This document shows, in pieces, positions 45,446-55,621 of a DNA stretch of 64,000 nt. The position numbers were made by a program, and so were the translations under genes. The stretch lies in the IMG/VR virus record IMGVR_UViG_3300009157_000001, positions 62,635 through 126,634 of that record; one strand, 5' to 3'. Numbering within the stretch: the first letter of the stretch is position 1; each line of letters starts with the position of its first letter. The notes under the pieces are model-generated. The model worked only from the letters and a program-made list of their open reading frames with translations, was not told where the DNA came from and did no database searches. The DNA comes from a virus.

Positions 45446-46915
45446 ATGTCACATTTCACCCCTCCTGATATAACCAAGCTCCGGCCCCAGTCTGATGATC
45501 CTTTCATCTTTAATGAGGAAGCTATGTATCTAATAAGGCTTGGTCATTTCCGGGCTCTTATTAAGAAACTTGAGACGGATCCCTTTCCGGTAGTAGCAGA
45601 TCAGTTGACAATTATCGGGGATGGTACTATTGGTAGCCCTCTCATAGCAGTTGCAGCAGCTCCGGCACTTCCCAGAAATGCGGTTCATGTAGACCCGGTA
45701 TTCGGCAATGATGCTACAGGGCTTACTCATAGATTTGACAGGCCTTTCAAATCTATGAAGGCAGCAGAAGCAGTTTCAGTTGCAGGAGATACTCTTATTA
45801 TGGGTCCTGGAACATACTCTGGTGTAGATAATGCTTTACTAGGACAGCCTGGAAGAAATTATCTATTCATGGATGGAGCTGTTTCCAGCAATGCTACAGG
45901 GACTGCTACATTTACTGATCTGGCTCTTGTCGGTGGAGAGACCTTCTCTGTATCAGGCTGGGGAGAGTTCATATCAAACAGTTATATCTGTTTTGTTGGG
46001 AATTCGGCTATCAACACAGTTTATTTTACTTCAAAGAAGACAAAGATAACTGCTGGGGATAATGGGTTCTATGCCACCAATAGTGGAATAGTATTTCTAT
46101 CTTTTACTGAAGGAGAACATGCAGGTGCTAATAACAATGAACCTTTTGTATGGGCCGAGGATACTGCTGGAGGGGCTTCTGTAATACATCTCAATGCAAA
46201 AAAATTATATCGGTCAACCCCTAACAGTGGACCCTTGGTAAGGATCTCGGCAAATACTACAGCTTGTAGAGTATATACAACAGTAGATGAGATGACTAAT
46301 ACCGAGGCTTTTGCCAATGTTATTGAGATGGTTGACGGAGGATACATGGAAGTGAATGGCAGAATAACCTTTGGATCAGGAAGAGGAGTTTTGGTATCCA
46401 ACGATTTAGGAGGGGCTGGTAAACTTATAGTCAATGGATCCATTCATTCTGATGATCCGAATTTTGGATCAATAGAGATTTCTACTTCAAATATAGAGGT
46501 AATCTCCAATGCTTTTATAACAGGATATGGAACTATAACAGCAAGTGTGGATCAGATCACTTTAAGAATACTTAAGGATGTGATAGTAGATACTGCACCT
46601 CTTGTTGGTCCGGGCCGTTCTGTTATAACTATCGGTGATACTGACACCACGTTATACACTTATAACTGTACAATTCAAAATCTTCTTAATGAGGACAATG
46701 CTCATACTATAAATCTTGGAGGAGGAAATTCTACATTCATTTGTTCCGGGACTACTTTACTTGTAAATCCTGCTAATCTAAACACATTTAGTATTTTTAC
46801 AGCAGCTCTTACAACATATGTAGGAAAAGCAATGTACACAAATAGGGGATTACATGCTGATGTAACAAATCTACTCCCTACAGGAATTGAGATAATTGAT
46901 TCATTAATAGAATAA
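45446..46915 (+). CDS. Head or tail fibre with predicted beta-helix
   Basis: IIGDGTIGSPL, VHVDPVFGND..G..RPFKS..AA..GDTLI.GPGTY. Confidence 0.75.
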   Translation: MSHFTPPDITKLRPQSDDPFIFNEEAMYLIRLGHFRALIKKLETDPFPVVADQLTIIGDGTIGSPLIAVAAAPALPRNAVHVDPVFGNDATGLTHRFDRPFKSMKAAEAVSVAGDTLIMGPGTYSGVDNALLGQPGRNYLFMDGAVSSNATGTATFTDLALVGGETFSVSGWGEFISNSYICFVGNSAINTVYFTSKKTKITAGDNGFYATNSGIVFLSFTEGEHAGANNNEPFVWAEDTAGGASVIHLNAKKLYRSTPNSGPLVRISANTTACRVYTTVDEMTNTEAFANVIEMVDGGYMEVNGRITFGSGRGVLVSNDLGGAGKLIVNGSIHSDDPNFGSIEISTSNIEVISNAFITGYGTITASVDQITLRILKDVIVDTAPLVGPGRSVITIGDTDTTLYTYNCTIQNLLNEDNAHTINLGGGNSTFICSGTTLLVNPANLNTFSIFTAALTTYVGKAMYTNRGLHADVTNLLPTGIEIIDSLIE

Positions 46916-46925
46916 AACATTTACT

Positions 46926-47312
46926 ATGGCATTTGCATCAAATGATAGAAAAGGACCAGTTCAAGGTGAGGGCATCATTGAATATAGTTTTGATGATGAT
47001 ACCCCTAGGGTTATCTTCTCTGTATCTTTAGAGGAAAATGAAATGGCTGTAGTCTCTCTACAAAATATGGTAGCAAATGATGACTTATCAATAGGATCTC
47101 AAGCTTTAGTAGAGACAACAATACTCAGACCAAATTTCACAGGAGATATAGAACTTGGTATAGGTAACGTCAACGGTAATGACTTTGGAGTTACCCAGGC
47201 AACAGGAGTAAATATAGGAACACAGAGCTTTGAAGTACAATTAACAGGAGTGGCTGCAACCCCAGTGACAGGTAAATTACATTATAAATTTATCAAGAGA
47301 CCTGCAATATAG
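46926..47312 (+). CDS. Beta-rich structural protein
   Basis: 128-aa ORF in the virion module. Confidence 0.65.
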   Translation: MAFASNDRKGPVQGEGIIEYSFDDDTPRVIFSVSLEENEMAVVSLQNMVANDDLSIGSQALVETTILRPNFTGDIELGIGNVNGNDFGVTQATGVNIGTQSFEVQLTGVAATPVTGKLHYKFIKRPAI

Positions 47313-47346
47313 ATCTATAAGATAAACCAACCAAAAACCAACAAAT

Positions 47347-48357
47347 ATGAGTGTAACAATTGTAGAAACACCCACCCTAAAGGCTACGACCATTGCGGTG
47401 AGACCCTATGTTGATGAAGCAATTCACAACATGGGACTTGAAAAGTATAAAATGGCCCTGTATGATGGGGTCCTGCATGAAGAATATCTTGCATGCATTG
47501 AGATGAATGGGGTAAAGAGGTATGTCACAGGTCTGAATGAGTTTGCACCAGAGATTAAGCTCCTTCCCAAAGAACAAAGAGAAGCCAAAAGCAGACAGAT
47601 CAGAGAGATGGTTGCAGAACTTGAGAAAGAACTTGCTGCCAACATCCTGGATGTAGAAGACAAAGAATTCTGGAATAAGGTAAAACTCCTCAGACCAGAT
47701 AATTCTGAGTTCTGGGATAAGATCAATATGAGATGTGGTAATGAACCGGTTTTTCTGGATCCTGTAAAGAGTCCGTATGACCGAATTAAACTATGTGCTA
47801 TTGAAGTAGGAGGATTTGATATGATCTCCAAGAGCTATGACGAAGCTCGGAAAAAAGCAGTACCCCCTAAGTTTTACTTAGACAAATTAGAGGCTACCAT
47901 CTCAACCAGAATGGAGATCACAAAACTCAGGAATAGTGCAGTTGCAGAACTTGAGAAGCTCTTTGCTAAGAATATGAGTAAGCTTTTCTACATTGCCAAA
48001 GTAGTAGATGCTAATAGTATTCAATACAAAAGAAGGACTCCAAACGATGTTATCTATGAAAATTTAGATAGGTACATCAGAGGAGAAGGTGCTGAGAAAA
48101 GTAAGACAAGAGCTATAAATACCTTCCTGGAAGCAACAAAGATGGATATGGAAACCTTGAAGATCCGTGCAATTATTAAGGATTCAACTTATCTGAAGCT
48201 AGTCCATCTGAAAGGAGATGGTATGATTTACCATTTGGCTTCTAGCACTATGATGGGAAGAAACCCATCAGAACTTACAGAGTTTTTAAAGAACCCCTTG
48301 AATGAGAAGGAGTTAGCAAAACTCACAAGTGATGTAGAGAAATTCTGGAATGAGTAA
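47347..48357 (+). CDS. Conserved-type capsid-module protein
   Basis: 336 aa; RYVTGL, NSEFW, FLKNPLN; position after MCP as in crAss-like phages. Confidence 0.7.
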   Translation: MSVTIVETPTLKATTIAVRPYVDEAIHNMGLEKYKMALYDGVLHEEYLACIEMNGVKRYVTGLNEFAPEIKLLPKEQREAKSRQIREMVAELEKELAANILDVEDKEFWNKVKLLRPDNSEFWDKINMRCGNEPVFLDPVKSPYDRIKLCAIEVGGFDMISKSYDEARKKAVPPKFYLDKLEATISTRMEITKLRNSAVAELEKLFAKNMSKLFYIAKVVDANSIQYKRRTPNDVIYENLDRYIRGEGAEKSKTRAINTFLEATKMDMETLKIRAIIKDSTYLKLVHLKGDGMIYHLASSTMMGRNPSELTEFLKNPLNEKELAKLTSDVEKFWNE

Positions 48358-48907
48358 ATTGGTAGAAATAAAAAACTATAAGGAGACTAGAAAAGCATAT
48401 TATAGGAATAATAAGGAGAAGATAGATAATCAAAGTAAGAAATATGCTCTTCTTCACCCAGAGTTAATAAAACAAAACTCCAGAAGGTGGTATGAAAAAA
48501 ACAAAGAGTACATTAAAGAAAAGATGCAGGTAGTTAAGGAAAGTCCTGACTTTAAGAAAAAAAGAAGCAGTTATAATAAGAAGTACAGAGAGGGTAGTAA
48601 AGTTAGACTAAGGAAGTACTACATAGAAAACAGGGATAAGATATTAACTCGTACCAGAAACTATACATACAAGAGAAATTTTGGGATTACAATAGAAGAG
48701 TATGATCGGATGTTGAAGGATCAAAATCAAAGTTGTGGTATATGCAAGATTTCAGAGAAGAAGTGGAGAAAGAGATTTTCTGTAGATCATTGTCATAAGA
48801 CTGGAAAAGTAAGAGGGTTGTTATGTGGGAAGTGCAATAGTGTATTGGGGTTTGTATCAGACAGTACAGAAATACTATCAAATTGTATAAATTACTTGAA
48901 TAAGTAA
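48350..48907 (+). CDS. Endonuclease VII-family homing endonuclease
   Basis: GITIEEY..ML..Q..CGIC..SVDHCHKTGKVRGLLCGKCN..LG. Confidence 0.92.
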   Translation: MSKLVEIKNYKETRKAYYRNNKEKIDNQSKKYALLHPELIKQNSRRWYEKNKEYIKEKMQVVKESPDFKKKRSSYNKKYREGSKVRLRKYYIENRDKILTRTRNYTYKRNFGITIEEYDRMLKDQNQSCGICKISEKKWRKRFSVDHCHKTGKVRGLLCGKCNSVLGFVSDSTEILSNCINYLNK

Positions 48908-48908
48908 A

Positions 48909-49610
48909 ATGAATAATACCATATTACAGCTCAAGATAAAAGAGAGATTAAATAAATTGGACAGTCAAGATTATGATAATCTTACTTGTTGGCAGATGGT
49001 TGAAGCCTTCAACAAAGCTCAGGTAGAGTGGTGTAGACGGCAGTTACATGGCCAGAATATCTTTAAGGAGGGGGATGAGCAGTCCACAAGAAGGATAGAT
49101 GATTTACAAGTTCTTTTGCTTGGAGCGGCTCTTGGAGGAACTACCAAGAAGCTTTTCCATGAAGCCAATATCCCGAATGATTATCTTCAGTGGAAGAGAG
49201 TTTCTGCCCAGGCTACAGATGATTGTTGTGAGACACCCAGAAGAATGGTGATATATCTGGCAGAGGAAGGAAACCTGGATATTCTTCTTAGAGACAAGGA
49301 GAAGCAACCAAGTTTTGAGTGGGCCGAGACATTTGCTACTATGAAAGATGGGAAGATCTTTATACATACTGATGGGAAGTTTACTATAAGTTCTCCTTCT
49401 CTTGTGTATTATAGACAACCTGTCCGAATTCAGATCACTGGATGCACGGACCCTTTTACAAATACTGTTCCTCTAGTAGATGTTGAGTCCGAGTTTAAGG
49501 ATGATATCGTGGAACTTATGATAGATGAGGCCGTATCAGTCCTTGCGGGAGACATAGAATCTATGAATCAATATGCCAGGGAACAACAAAATACTGAGAA
49601 AAACAACTAA
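48909..49610 (+). CDS. Head-tail connector/ring protein
   Basis: LNKLDS..FNKAQ, YYRQP, E.IDEAV pattern of ring proteins; synteny. Confidence 0.7.
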   Translation: MNNTILQLKIKERLNKLDSQDYDNLTCWQMVEAFNKAQVEWCRRQLHGQNIFKEGDEQSTRRIDDLQVLLLGAALGGTTKKLFHEANIPNDYLQWKRVSAQATDDCCETPRRMVIYLAEEGNLDILLRDKEKQPSFEWAETFATMKDGKIFIHTDGKFTISSPSLVYYRQPVRIQITGCTDPFTNTVPLVDVESEFKDDIVELMIDEAVSVLAGDIESMNQYAREQQNTEKNN

Positions 49611-49613
49611 TCT

Positions 49614-49645
49614 CTTGCAGAAGATAGTAAGATTTTGTATATTAG
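49614..49645 (+). promoter_or_regulatory. Putative promoter CTTG-N20-TATATTAG
   Basis: Upstream of 49686. Confidence 0.5.
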
Positions 49646-49685
49646 TGAATAATTAACTGTTTGTATAATCTAAAACCTAAAAAAC

Positions 49686-51005
49686 ATGGCTTATTTTAAT
49701 CATGCCTTTAAGAAGATCTTTATTGGCACTCATGCCAGTCAAGCATCTGTCCCCGGTGTCAGCAAGGGTGTTGACGAGGGGTATCTCCTTGACTCTGGAG
49801 TCCCTACTGTGGATTTCATTGACACTGCTGCTCCCAATGCCTTAGGTATTGGGGTATTTGGTCTGGTAGATCCTACCAATTACCAATCAGTAAATGCAGC
49901 CTCTGCTGCTTTAACTGGTGGTCAGCCTTTGCTCTTAGTGAGCACAGCTCTCTATGCCAATGACAAAATTGGTCCTTTTCATGGAGGTTATCAAGAGACT
50001 AACAAGTCCAAGATGATTAACCCAAAGTATGTAAGGGCTTTCTACAGGGTAGATCCTTGCTTACCACAGAACATTGTGATCAACATAGGGAATACTCCCT
50101 ATACATCCGGACTGAGTCCTTCTGATCCAAAGTGTTGTTTTGAATTCCTTTGCGATCAGACCTATTACCTCAGAATTGATGTAAAAGGTTCTCCTGCACT
50201 AAGGTTTTTAAACCACCAGGATTATCGCACAATTGATTTCTATACAGGATGTTGCCCAGTAGATGGAACACCTTCTGTTGTGAACTCAACAAATGTGATG
50301 ATTGGATGGGCAAATTTCATCATCAATGATCCTTACCTGAAGGACTTCATTTTCCCTGTTGTTTATGGAGAAGATGGCAACATCTATTATCCTCCAGGAA
50401 CCCCAGGAGCAGCACTGACTTGGGACATTTATGACCAGACAACCGCTCATACTGCAGATACATGTGCAGGTCTGATTCTCTATGGAGCTTATGTGGATAC
50501 CCGGTTTGGAGATTGCTCGTTCCAGGTAACTGACTTCTTTGAAAAAGAGCCAGTTAAAATCCTTGCTTCCATGGTAGACTATACAGGAGATCCTTGTGTT
50601 TTTGAAGGAATCTGTGTAATTGAAGAGTGCTGTGGCCGTCAAGGAATGGGCTTTGGAGAAACTGTTCTCAGAGACCTCATCCTGGCAGAGAGATACTTAC
50701 AGAATGCATTCCACAGTGATATCCGGATCAGGGAGATCACTCAAGGAGATGATCTGTTCAATGTAATTACAAGGACTGCACAGTATTACAGGTATTTCAT
50801 CCTACACTCTGTACCAAGGTTCAACAACCCAACCGGTGTATTTGACAATGACCAGTATCTTCTGGAAATTATCACAAATGCACCAAGTGTTCAATTTGAG
50901 ACTGATATCCAGACTTGGATTGAAGCTTGTGGTTGCAACCAGGTGCCTTTTGAGATCAAGGATTGTGAAACTTGCGAGCCGGTAGTACCTCAGACACCAG
51001 ACTAA
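49686..51005 (+). CDS. Virion structural protein (auxiliary capsid protein candidate)
   Basis: 439 aa with own promoter and terminator; assignment by synteny. Confidence 0.65.
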   Translation: MAYFNHAFKKIFIGTHASQASVPGVSKGVDEGYLLDSGVPTVDFIDTAAPNALGIGVFGLVDPTNYQSVNAASAALTGGQPLLLVSTALYANDKIGPFHGGYQETNKSKMINPKYVRAFYRVDPCLPQNIVINIGNTPYTSGLSPSDPKCCFEFLCDQTYYLRIDVKGSPALRFLNHQDYRTIDFYTGCCPVDGTPSVVNSTNVMIGWANFIINDPYLKDFIFPVVYGEDGNIYYPPGTPGAALTWDIYDQTTAHTADTCAGLILYGAYVDTRFGDCSFQVTDFFEKEPVKILASMVDYTGDPCVFEGICVIEECCGRQGMGFGETVLRDLILAERYLQNAFHSDIRIREITQGDDLFNVITRTAQYYRYFILHSVPRFNNPTGVFDNDQYLLEIITNAPSVQFETDIQTWIEACGCNQVPFEIKDCETCEPVVPQTPD

Positions 51006-51016
51006 GTAGTTATCAT

Positions 51017-51062
51017 AAAGAGGAGGAGAGTGGGAGTTATTTCTCTCCTCTCCTCTTTTTTT
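51017..51062 (+). terminator. Rho-independent terminator
   Basis: AGAGGAG-GAGAG...CTCTC-CTCTCCTC followed by T7. Confidence 0.8.
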
Positions 51063-51080
51063 CTTATACCCTAGAACCTC

Positions 51081-51644
51081 ATGGCCAATCACGTTTTAAG
51101 TCTGGAGATCCCTGACACATTAAATAAGTGTGTTCTTAGGATTATGGATCTGAGTGTATACAATTCCAGAATTCCTATAGATTGTCAAAAGCTCCATATC
51201 ACAGTTCCCGGGTTTAGCACTGCAGTAGAAATCATCAATCTTCCTGATGTTACAGATCTCGCCCCCGGGTTCAACATTAATCTCACGGCCTGTAATCTAG
51301 GAATCCAGACAGTCAATTGTGGACAGATCTTTGCAAGTATTCCGGATGGGGTATATGTAGTAAGATATAGTGTGTCACCAAATGATATTGTATATGTTGA
51401 GTATAATCACTTGAGAATTACTCAGGCCCTGACTAAATATCAACAAGTGCTTTGTTCGTTGGATGTTGCCGGTTGTGATCCTCCTGCACAAACTAAGGAG
51501 AAACTCAAAGAATTAAGATTTATAAGAGAAATGCTTGATGCTGCTAAAGCCCAGGTAGAGTTCTGTCATAATCCTCAAAGAGGACTTGATATCTATTCTT
51601 ATGCTCTAAAGAGACTAAATAAGTTATTATGTATCTCATGTTAA
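51081..51644 (+). CDS. Virion structural protein (tail hub/adaptor candidate)
   Basis: DLSVY, ITVPGF, IPDGVYVVRYSVSP. Confidence 0.65.
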   Translation: MANHVLSLEIPDTLNKCVLRIMDLSVYNSRIPIDCQKLHITVPGFSTAVEIINLPDVTDLAPGFNINLTACNLGIQTVNCGQIFASIPDGVYVVRYSVSPNDIVYVEYNHLRITQALTKYQQVLCSLDVAGCDPPAQTKEKLKELRFIREMLDAAKAQVEFCHNPQRGLDIYSYALKRLNKLLCISC

Positions 51645-51662
51645 ACCAACAAAAAACCAACC

Positions 51663-51863
51663 ATGAGCGGAACTTGCCCAAATTGTGGAAACAGACTAAC
51701 CTGTGGTTGTCAAAAGAGAAAAGCCTCTGATGGCAAACAGACATGTACAAGATGTATAACATCTTATGAAGCAGGAGTTAAGAGAGCAAAAGCTATTCCT
51801 AAACCTCCTACTCAAAATTCACTGGTTACCAGTGTCACTGCTACAATTGAGAAAGTGAGTTAA
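51663..51863 (+). CDS. Small Cys-rich protein
   Basis: CPNCG..TCGCQ..CTRC. Confidence 0.7.
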   Translation: MSGTCPNCGNRLTCGCQKRKASDGKQTCTRCITSYEAGVKRAKAIPKPPTQNSLVTSVTATIEKVS

Positions 51864-51872
51864 AAAGAAGTA

Positions 51873-53540
51873 ATGGCAACCAGAACCTATTATACAGGAC
51901 TTAATGCCCTTGTTAAGAGACAGACCAATCTCTCAGGTCCCTGGGATGATATAAGTGTTTCTCTTAATCCTATAATAGTTCCCGGGGGGTTTATTACCTA
52001 CAGTGGTAATTTACATGATGTAATGACTGATCCTCTAATACCGGAGAAGGTATTTGTAGTAGGTCAGGTTGCAATCAGTCCCGTAGATCCTGCTTTTCCA
52101 GCAACTGGTATATTTTACTCTGTAGATGCAGGACAGACCTGGCTTCTACCTCTCATAGATGAGCAGCCTGGGTTTGAGTATGTGGAAGTATGGGTAATAG
52201 ATTCCAATAACATTGTTGCAGTTGGTACCGGAGGTTTGGTCAGTAAGTCAATAGATGGAGGAGCAACTTTTAACAAAACCGCATCTTATGCTACACCAAC
52301 TGGTCTCATAGATGTCACAGGATCAGCAAGATGTACACATTGGGTTAATCCTAGTATAGGTGTTGTTGGTTTTAATAACAGACTTCTGAAAACTATAGAT
52401 GGGGGTGTTACATGGTCTGTATTAAATGGAGGAAATCCTTTTGCTTCAGGAAATCTTTTAGGGGTTTTTATATCGGCAGATGAACAAACTATAGTAGCTT
52501 GTGGACAGTCAATTATAGTAAGAAGTGTTGATGGAGGGGCTAATTTCACCACAGTCCATACCTGGACCCAAAATGAGGGATTACATTTAACCTGGAATGG
52601 AGAGAGTAATTTCTGGGCTACCGGACAGGGACAAGCCTTTATAAGAAGTACAGACGGGGGGGCTACTTGGACAGTTATTTGGACCACAGCAGTTCCTCCG
52701 AACTCTGGTCCAATAGGACTAGCTGCTCATTTTTATAATCCACTGGATGGTTTCTTTTCCTGGAATGATACTTTATTTGTTACTGCAGATGGAGGATTTA
52801 ATTCATTCTCTGTAGATTTTAACTTTGATACTTATATTACAGCAGTTTGGACCCAACTTCAGATTTGTTATTTATTAACAAGTTGTGATGAAGACCAAAG
52901 CCCTGTTCCAATTCTTGTTACAAGTACTGACCTATCTCAGTATTTAGGTCAGGTGGTAAAGATCCAGGGAGATGATACAACTTGCTGGACAGTTAGTCTT
53001 TCTCCAAGTTGTACTGGTTCTGTTCCTGTTATAATTAGTGAGTCTTTTGATAATTGCCAGGATTGTTTTCCTCAGTGTTATCTACTAACTGATTGTAAGG
53101 AAAAGGAAGATCCTATCAAAATCTCCACAGATATAGGAGCATATGTTGGTAAGGTAATACAATTTGAGGGCTCAGAAACTTGCTGGATTGTATCAGAATC
53201 TCCGGATTGTATATGTGCTATACCCCTTCCAGGAGAACCTTTTATCTTTGATGACTGCGACAGTTGCCCTCCTACTCCTGTACCTCAGGTTACCAAACCT
53301 TTTATAGAACCGGGATTTGATCCTAAAAACTGTGATCCTGAGAAGGTTATAGAAGCTAATACTAATTTTGCAGATGTCTATTACAGAAAAGTCTTAAGTC
53401 TAAGGTATGGCATTAACTCTTGTTGTGAAGAGGATCTTGATAGGGCTTTCATAAGAAAATCACTGGTAGATCTCGAGGCTTTGTGGGATCCGGGACTATG
53501 TTGTCCGGATACTTCTCCTTCAGATCCTTGTGCTATATAA
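51873..53540 (+). CDS. BNR/Asp-box beta-propeller virion protein with Cys-rich C-terminal repeats
   Basis: Asp-boxes SVDAGQTW, SIDGGATF, TIDGGVTW, SVDGGANF, STDGGATW, TADGG; two CYLLT.C repeats. Confidence 0.8.
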   Translation: MATRTYYTGLNALVKRQTNLSGPWDDISVSLNPIIVPGGFITYSGNLHDVMTDPLIPEKVFVVGQVAISPVDPAFPATGIFYSVDAGQTWLLPLIDEQPGFEYVEVWVIDSNNIVAVGTGGLVSKSIDGGATFNKTASYATPTGLIDVTGSARCTHWVNPSIGVVGFNNRLLKTIDGGVTWSVLNGGNPFASGNLLGVFISADEQTIVACGQSIIVRSVDGGANFTTVHTWTQNEGLHLTWNGESNFWATGQGQAFIRSTDGGATWTVIWTTAVPPNSGPIGLAAHFYNPLDGFFSWNDTLFVTADGGFNSFSVDFNFDTYITAVWTQLQICYLLTSCDEDQSPVPILVTSTDLSQYLGQVVKIQGDDTTCWTVSLSPSCTGSVPVIISESFDNCQDCFPQCYLLTDCKEKEDPIKISTDIGAYVGKVIQFEGSETCWIVSESPDCICAIPLPGEPFIFDDCDSCPPTPVPQVTKPFIEPGFDPKNCDPEKVIEANTNFADVYYRKVLSLRYGINSCCEEDLDRAFIRKSLVDLEALWDPGLCCPDTSPSDPCAI

Positions 53541-53556
53541 GAACTTGAATGAGAAA

Positions 53557-53588
53557 TTTGTCACAGAATAAAAAATTTTGTATATTGT
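53557..53588 (+). promoter_or_regulatory. Putative promoter TTTG-N20-TATATTGT
   Basis: Upstream of 53595. Confidence 0.5.
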
Positions 53589-53594
53589 ACCACT

Positions 53595-55094
53595 ATGCTG
53601 CCAACTAACAAATTTGAACACGGATGTGATCCCATCTCTTCCAATTGTGTCATATGGGAGGGGCCTGATATTGAATGCATAGACTTATGCAAAGGAGACT
53701 CCATCACAGATGTTGTATATAAACTGGCTACAGAATTATGTACAATAATGGACTATCTGGATGTTAAGGAGTATGAATTACTCTGTTTAACTGCATGTCC
53801 TGAACCCAAGAACTTTAAAGAACTCATCCAGATTATAATCAACAAACTCTGCGATCTTGAGGATTGTTGTGATCCAGAACCTACCCCTCAACCTGCTTTT
53901 GCTGAGGCTTCCACAGAAGTCCCTATTGCATCATGTTTTTATTTTGTCAATGAACAAGGGGATACTGTTACAACAATGGCATTTGCAGATTATGTAACAA
54001 CTATAGGAAACAGAGTTTGTACAATAGTTTCTCAGATTATTACAATAAATGCTACACTAGAAAATCATGAGACAAGAATAACAGCTCTGGAGAATGAACC
54101 AGAACCTGTATTTGTTCTTCCTACTATGATTCCTGACTGTGTATTACCTGCGATAGATACTCCTATAGATGAAGTTCTTATAGCTCTGGAAGCTCAGTTT
54201 TGTGAACTCAGGGCAGCTACCGGATTACCAAATGAGATCTTCTTTGCTATTTCTCAGGAATGTCCCGGTCTTATAAACTCACCAAGATTAGGACCTACAG
54301 GTGGGGTTATGGGTACTATCCCAGGTTGGGTTAATATAGTACAGAATCTAGCAGATTCTATTAACAACATGTGGTTAACAATCTGTGACTTGAGAGCAGC
54401 AGTCACTGCTATACAAGCCAACTGTTGCCCCACAGGTTGTGATGGAATTGAACTTACTCTTTCAGCAGAATTGGAAGGAACTATTCTTACTATCTACTTT
54501 ACCGGTACTATACCTCCTGGATTTACTGAGTGTGATCCTGCCGGTACTATGGTTACTATCCGTGATACCGATGGTCACCAAGTAACTCAACTTATAAATG
54601 TAGTTGCTATACTTAATTCAGTAGGAGGTTTCCCACTTGATATAAGTGGATCTGAACTTAATACAGCTCTGGACTTTACTCTTTCTGCAGATGTTTGTCT
54701 TGAGAATGCAGAGACCAATGCTGAGTGTAGAATATGTGTAGAATACGTACTTGTTAATACTTTGGATTGTCCTTCTCCTGTAACTCTTACACCAGGAACT
54801 ACTACCATAGGTTACTCCTTCAATCATATAACTGGAGTAGTTACTTATACAGTAGAACTTTATGATGAGACCGGTGCTGTACTTCTTGCATCTAATACCC
54901 ATGATGTAAATACTGCCCAGACGGTTAGTGGCTCATTTAGTGGTCTGGCCTCTTCTACAACATACAAGATTAGGATAGTCATCACAGCAGGAAGCAAGAC
55001 AAAGAATTGTCAATTTAATGTAACAACAACCTTATCTCAACCATGTTCTCCACCAAGTGGAATAACTGTTGAGGTAGAAACTATAGAGACATGA
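53595..55094 (+). CDS. Cys-rich structural protein with C-terminal fibronectin type III domain
   Basis: FSGLASSTTYKIRI FN3 motif; short coiled coil HETRITALE. Confidence 0.75.
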   Translation: MLPTNKFEHGCDPISSNCVIWEGPDIECIDLCKGDSITDVVYKLATELCTIMDYLDVKEYELLCLTACPEPKNFKELIQIIINKLCDLEDCCDPEPTPQPAFAEASTEVPIASCFYFVNEQGDTVTTMAFADYVTTIGNRVCTIVSQIITINATLENHETRITALENEPEPVFVLPTMIPDCVLPAIDTPIDEVLIALEAQFCELRAATGLPNEIFFAISQECPGLINSPRLGPTGGVMGTIPGWVNIVQNLADSINNMWLTICDLRAAVTAIQANCCPTGCDGIELTLSAELEGTILTIYFTGTIPPGFTECDPAGTMVTIRDTDGHQVTQLINVVAILNSVGGFPLDISGSELNTALDFTLSADVCLENAETNAECRICVEYVLVNTLDCPSPVTLTPGTTTIGYSFNHITGVVTYTVELYDETGAVLLASNTHDVNTAQTVSGSFSGLASSTTYKIRIVITAGSKTKNCQFNVTTTLSQPCSPPSGITVEVETIET

Positions 55095-55618
55095 GTTGTA
55101 AAAAATGTAAATCTTCTCCTTGTGGATGTAAGGACACTGCTTTGCCAATGGCACCACTTTGTACAACAGCAGAATGTCCTCAACCTGCTCAGTGTCCTGA
55201 GGTTTGGGATGCCTGTTGTGTGATATATACAGGGGATACTATTGTAGACCTTGACATAAATCCCGGGGACAAGGTTTGTGAAATTCTCCAGAAGCTTATA
55301 CTTAATGGTTTAAATCCTGGTTGTGTGGATCCTACATCAACTTGTCAAAGTGTTCTTAATCTATTCTCATATAATATAACAGATGTTGGTCTTGAGGTGC
55401 AATGGACGGGAGTATCTACAGCAACTTCTTATATTGTAGAATATAAAGAAGCTACATCACTGGTTTGGATTCTCAACCCTGCAGTACTTCCTCCTGTAGA
55501 TCATAATGCAATAACAGGATTACAACCATCTACAGACTATCATGTGAGGGTAAATGCCATATGTGCAAGTGGTAATTGTTATTCACTCACCATCCAGGTG
55601 ACAACTAAATCAACATAA
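55091..55618 (+). CDS. Cys-rich FN3-domain structural protein
   Basis: VQW..ATSYIVEYK..W..ITGLQPSTDYHVRVNAIC. Confidence 0.8.
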   Translation: MSCKKCKSSPCGCKDTALPMAPLCTTAECPQPAQCPEVWDACCVIYTGDTIVDLDINPGDKVCEILQKLILNGLNPGCVDPTSTCQSVLNLFSYNITDVGLEVQWTGVSTATSYIVEYKEATSLVWILNPAVLPPVDHNAITGLQPSTDYHVRVNAICASGNCYSLTIQVTTKST

Positions 55619-55621
55619 GAT

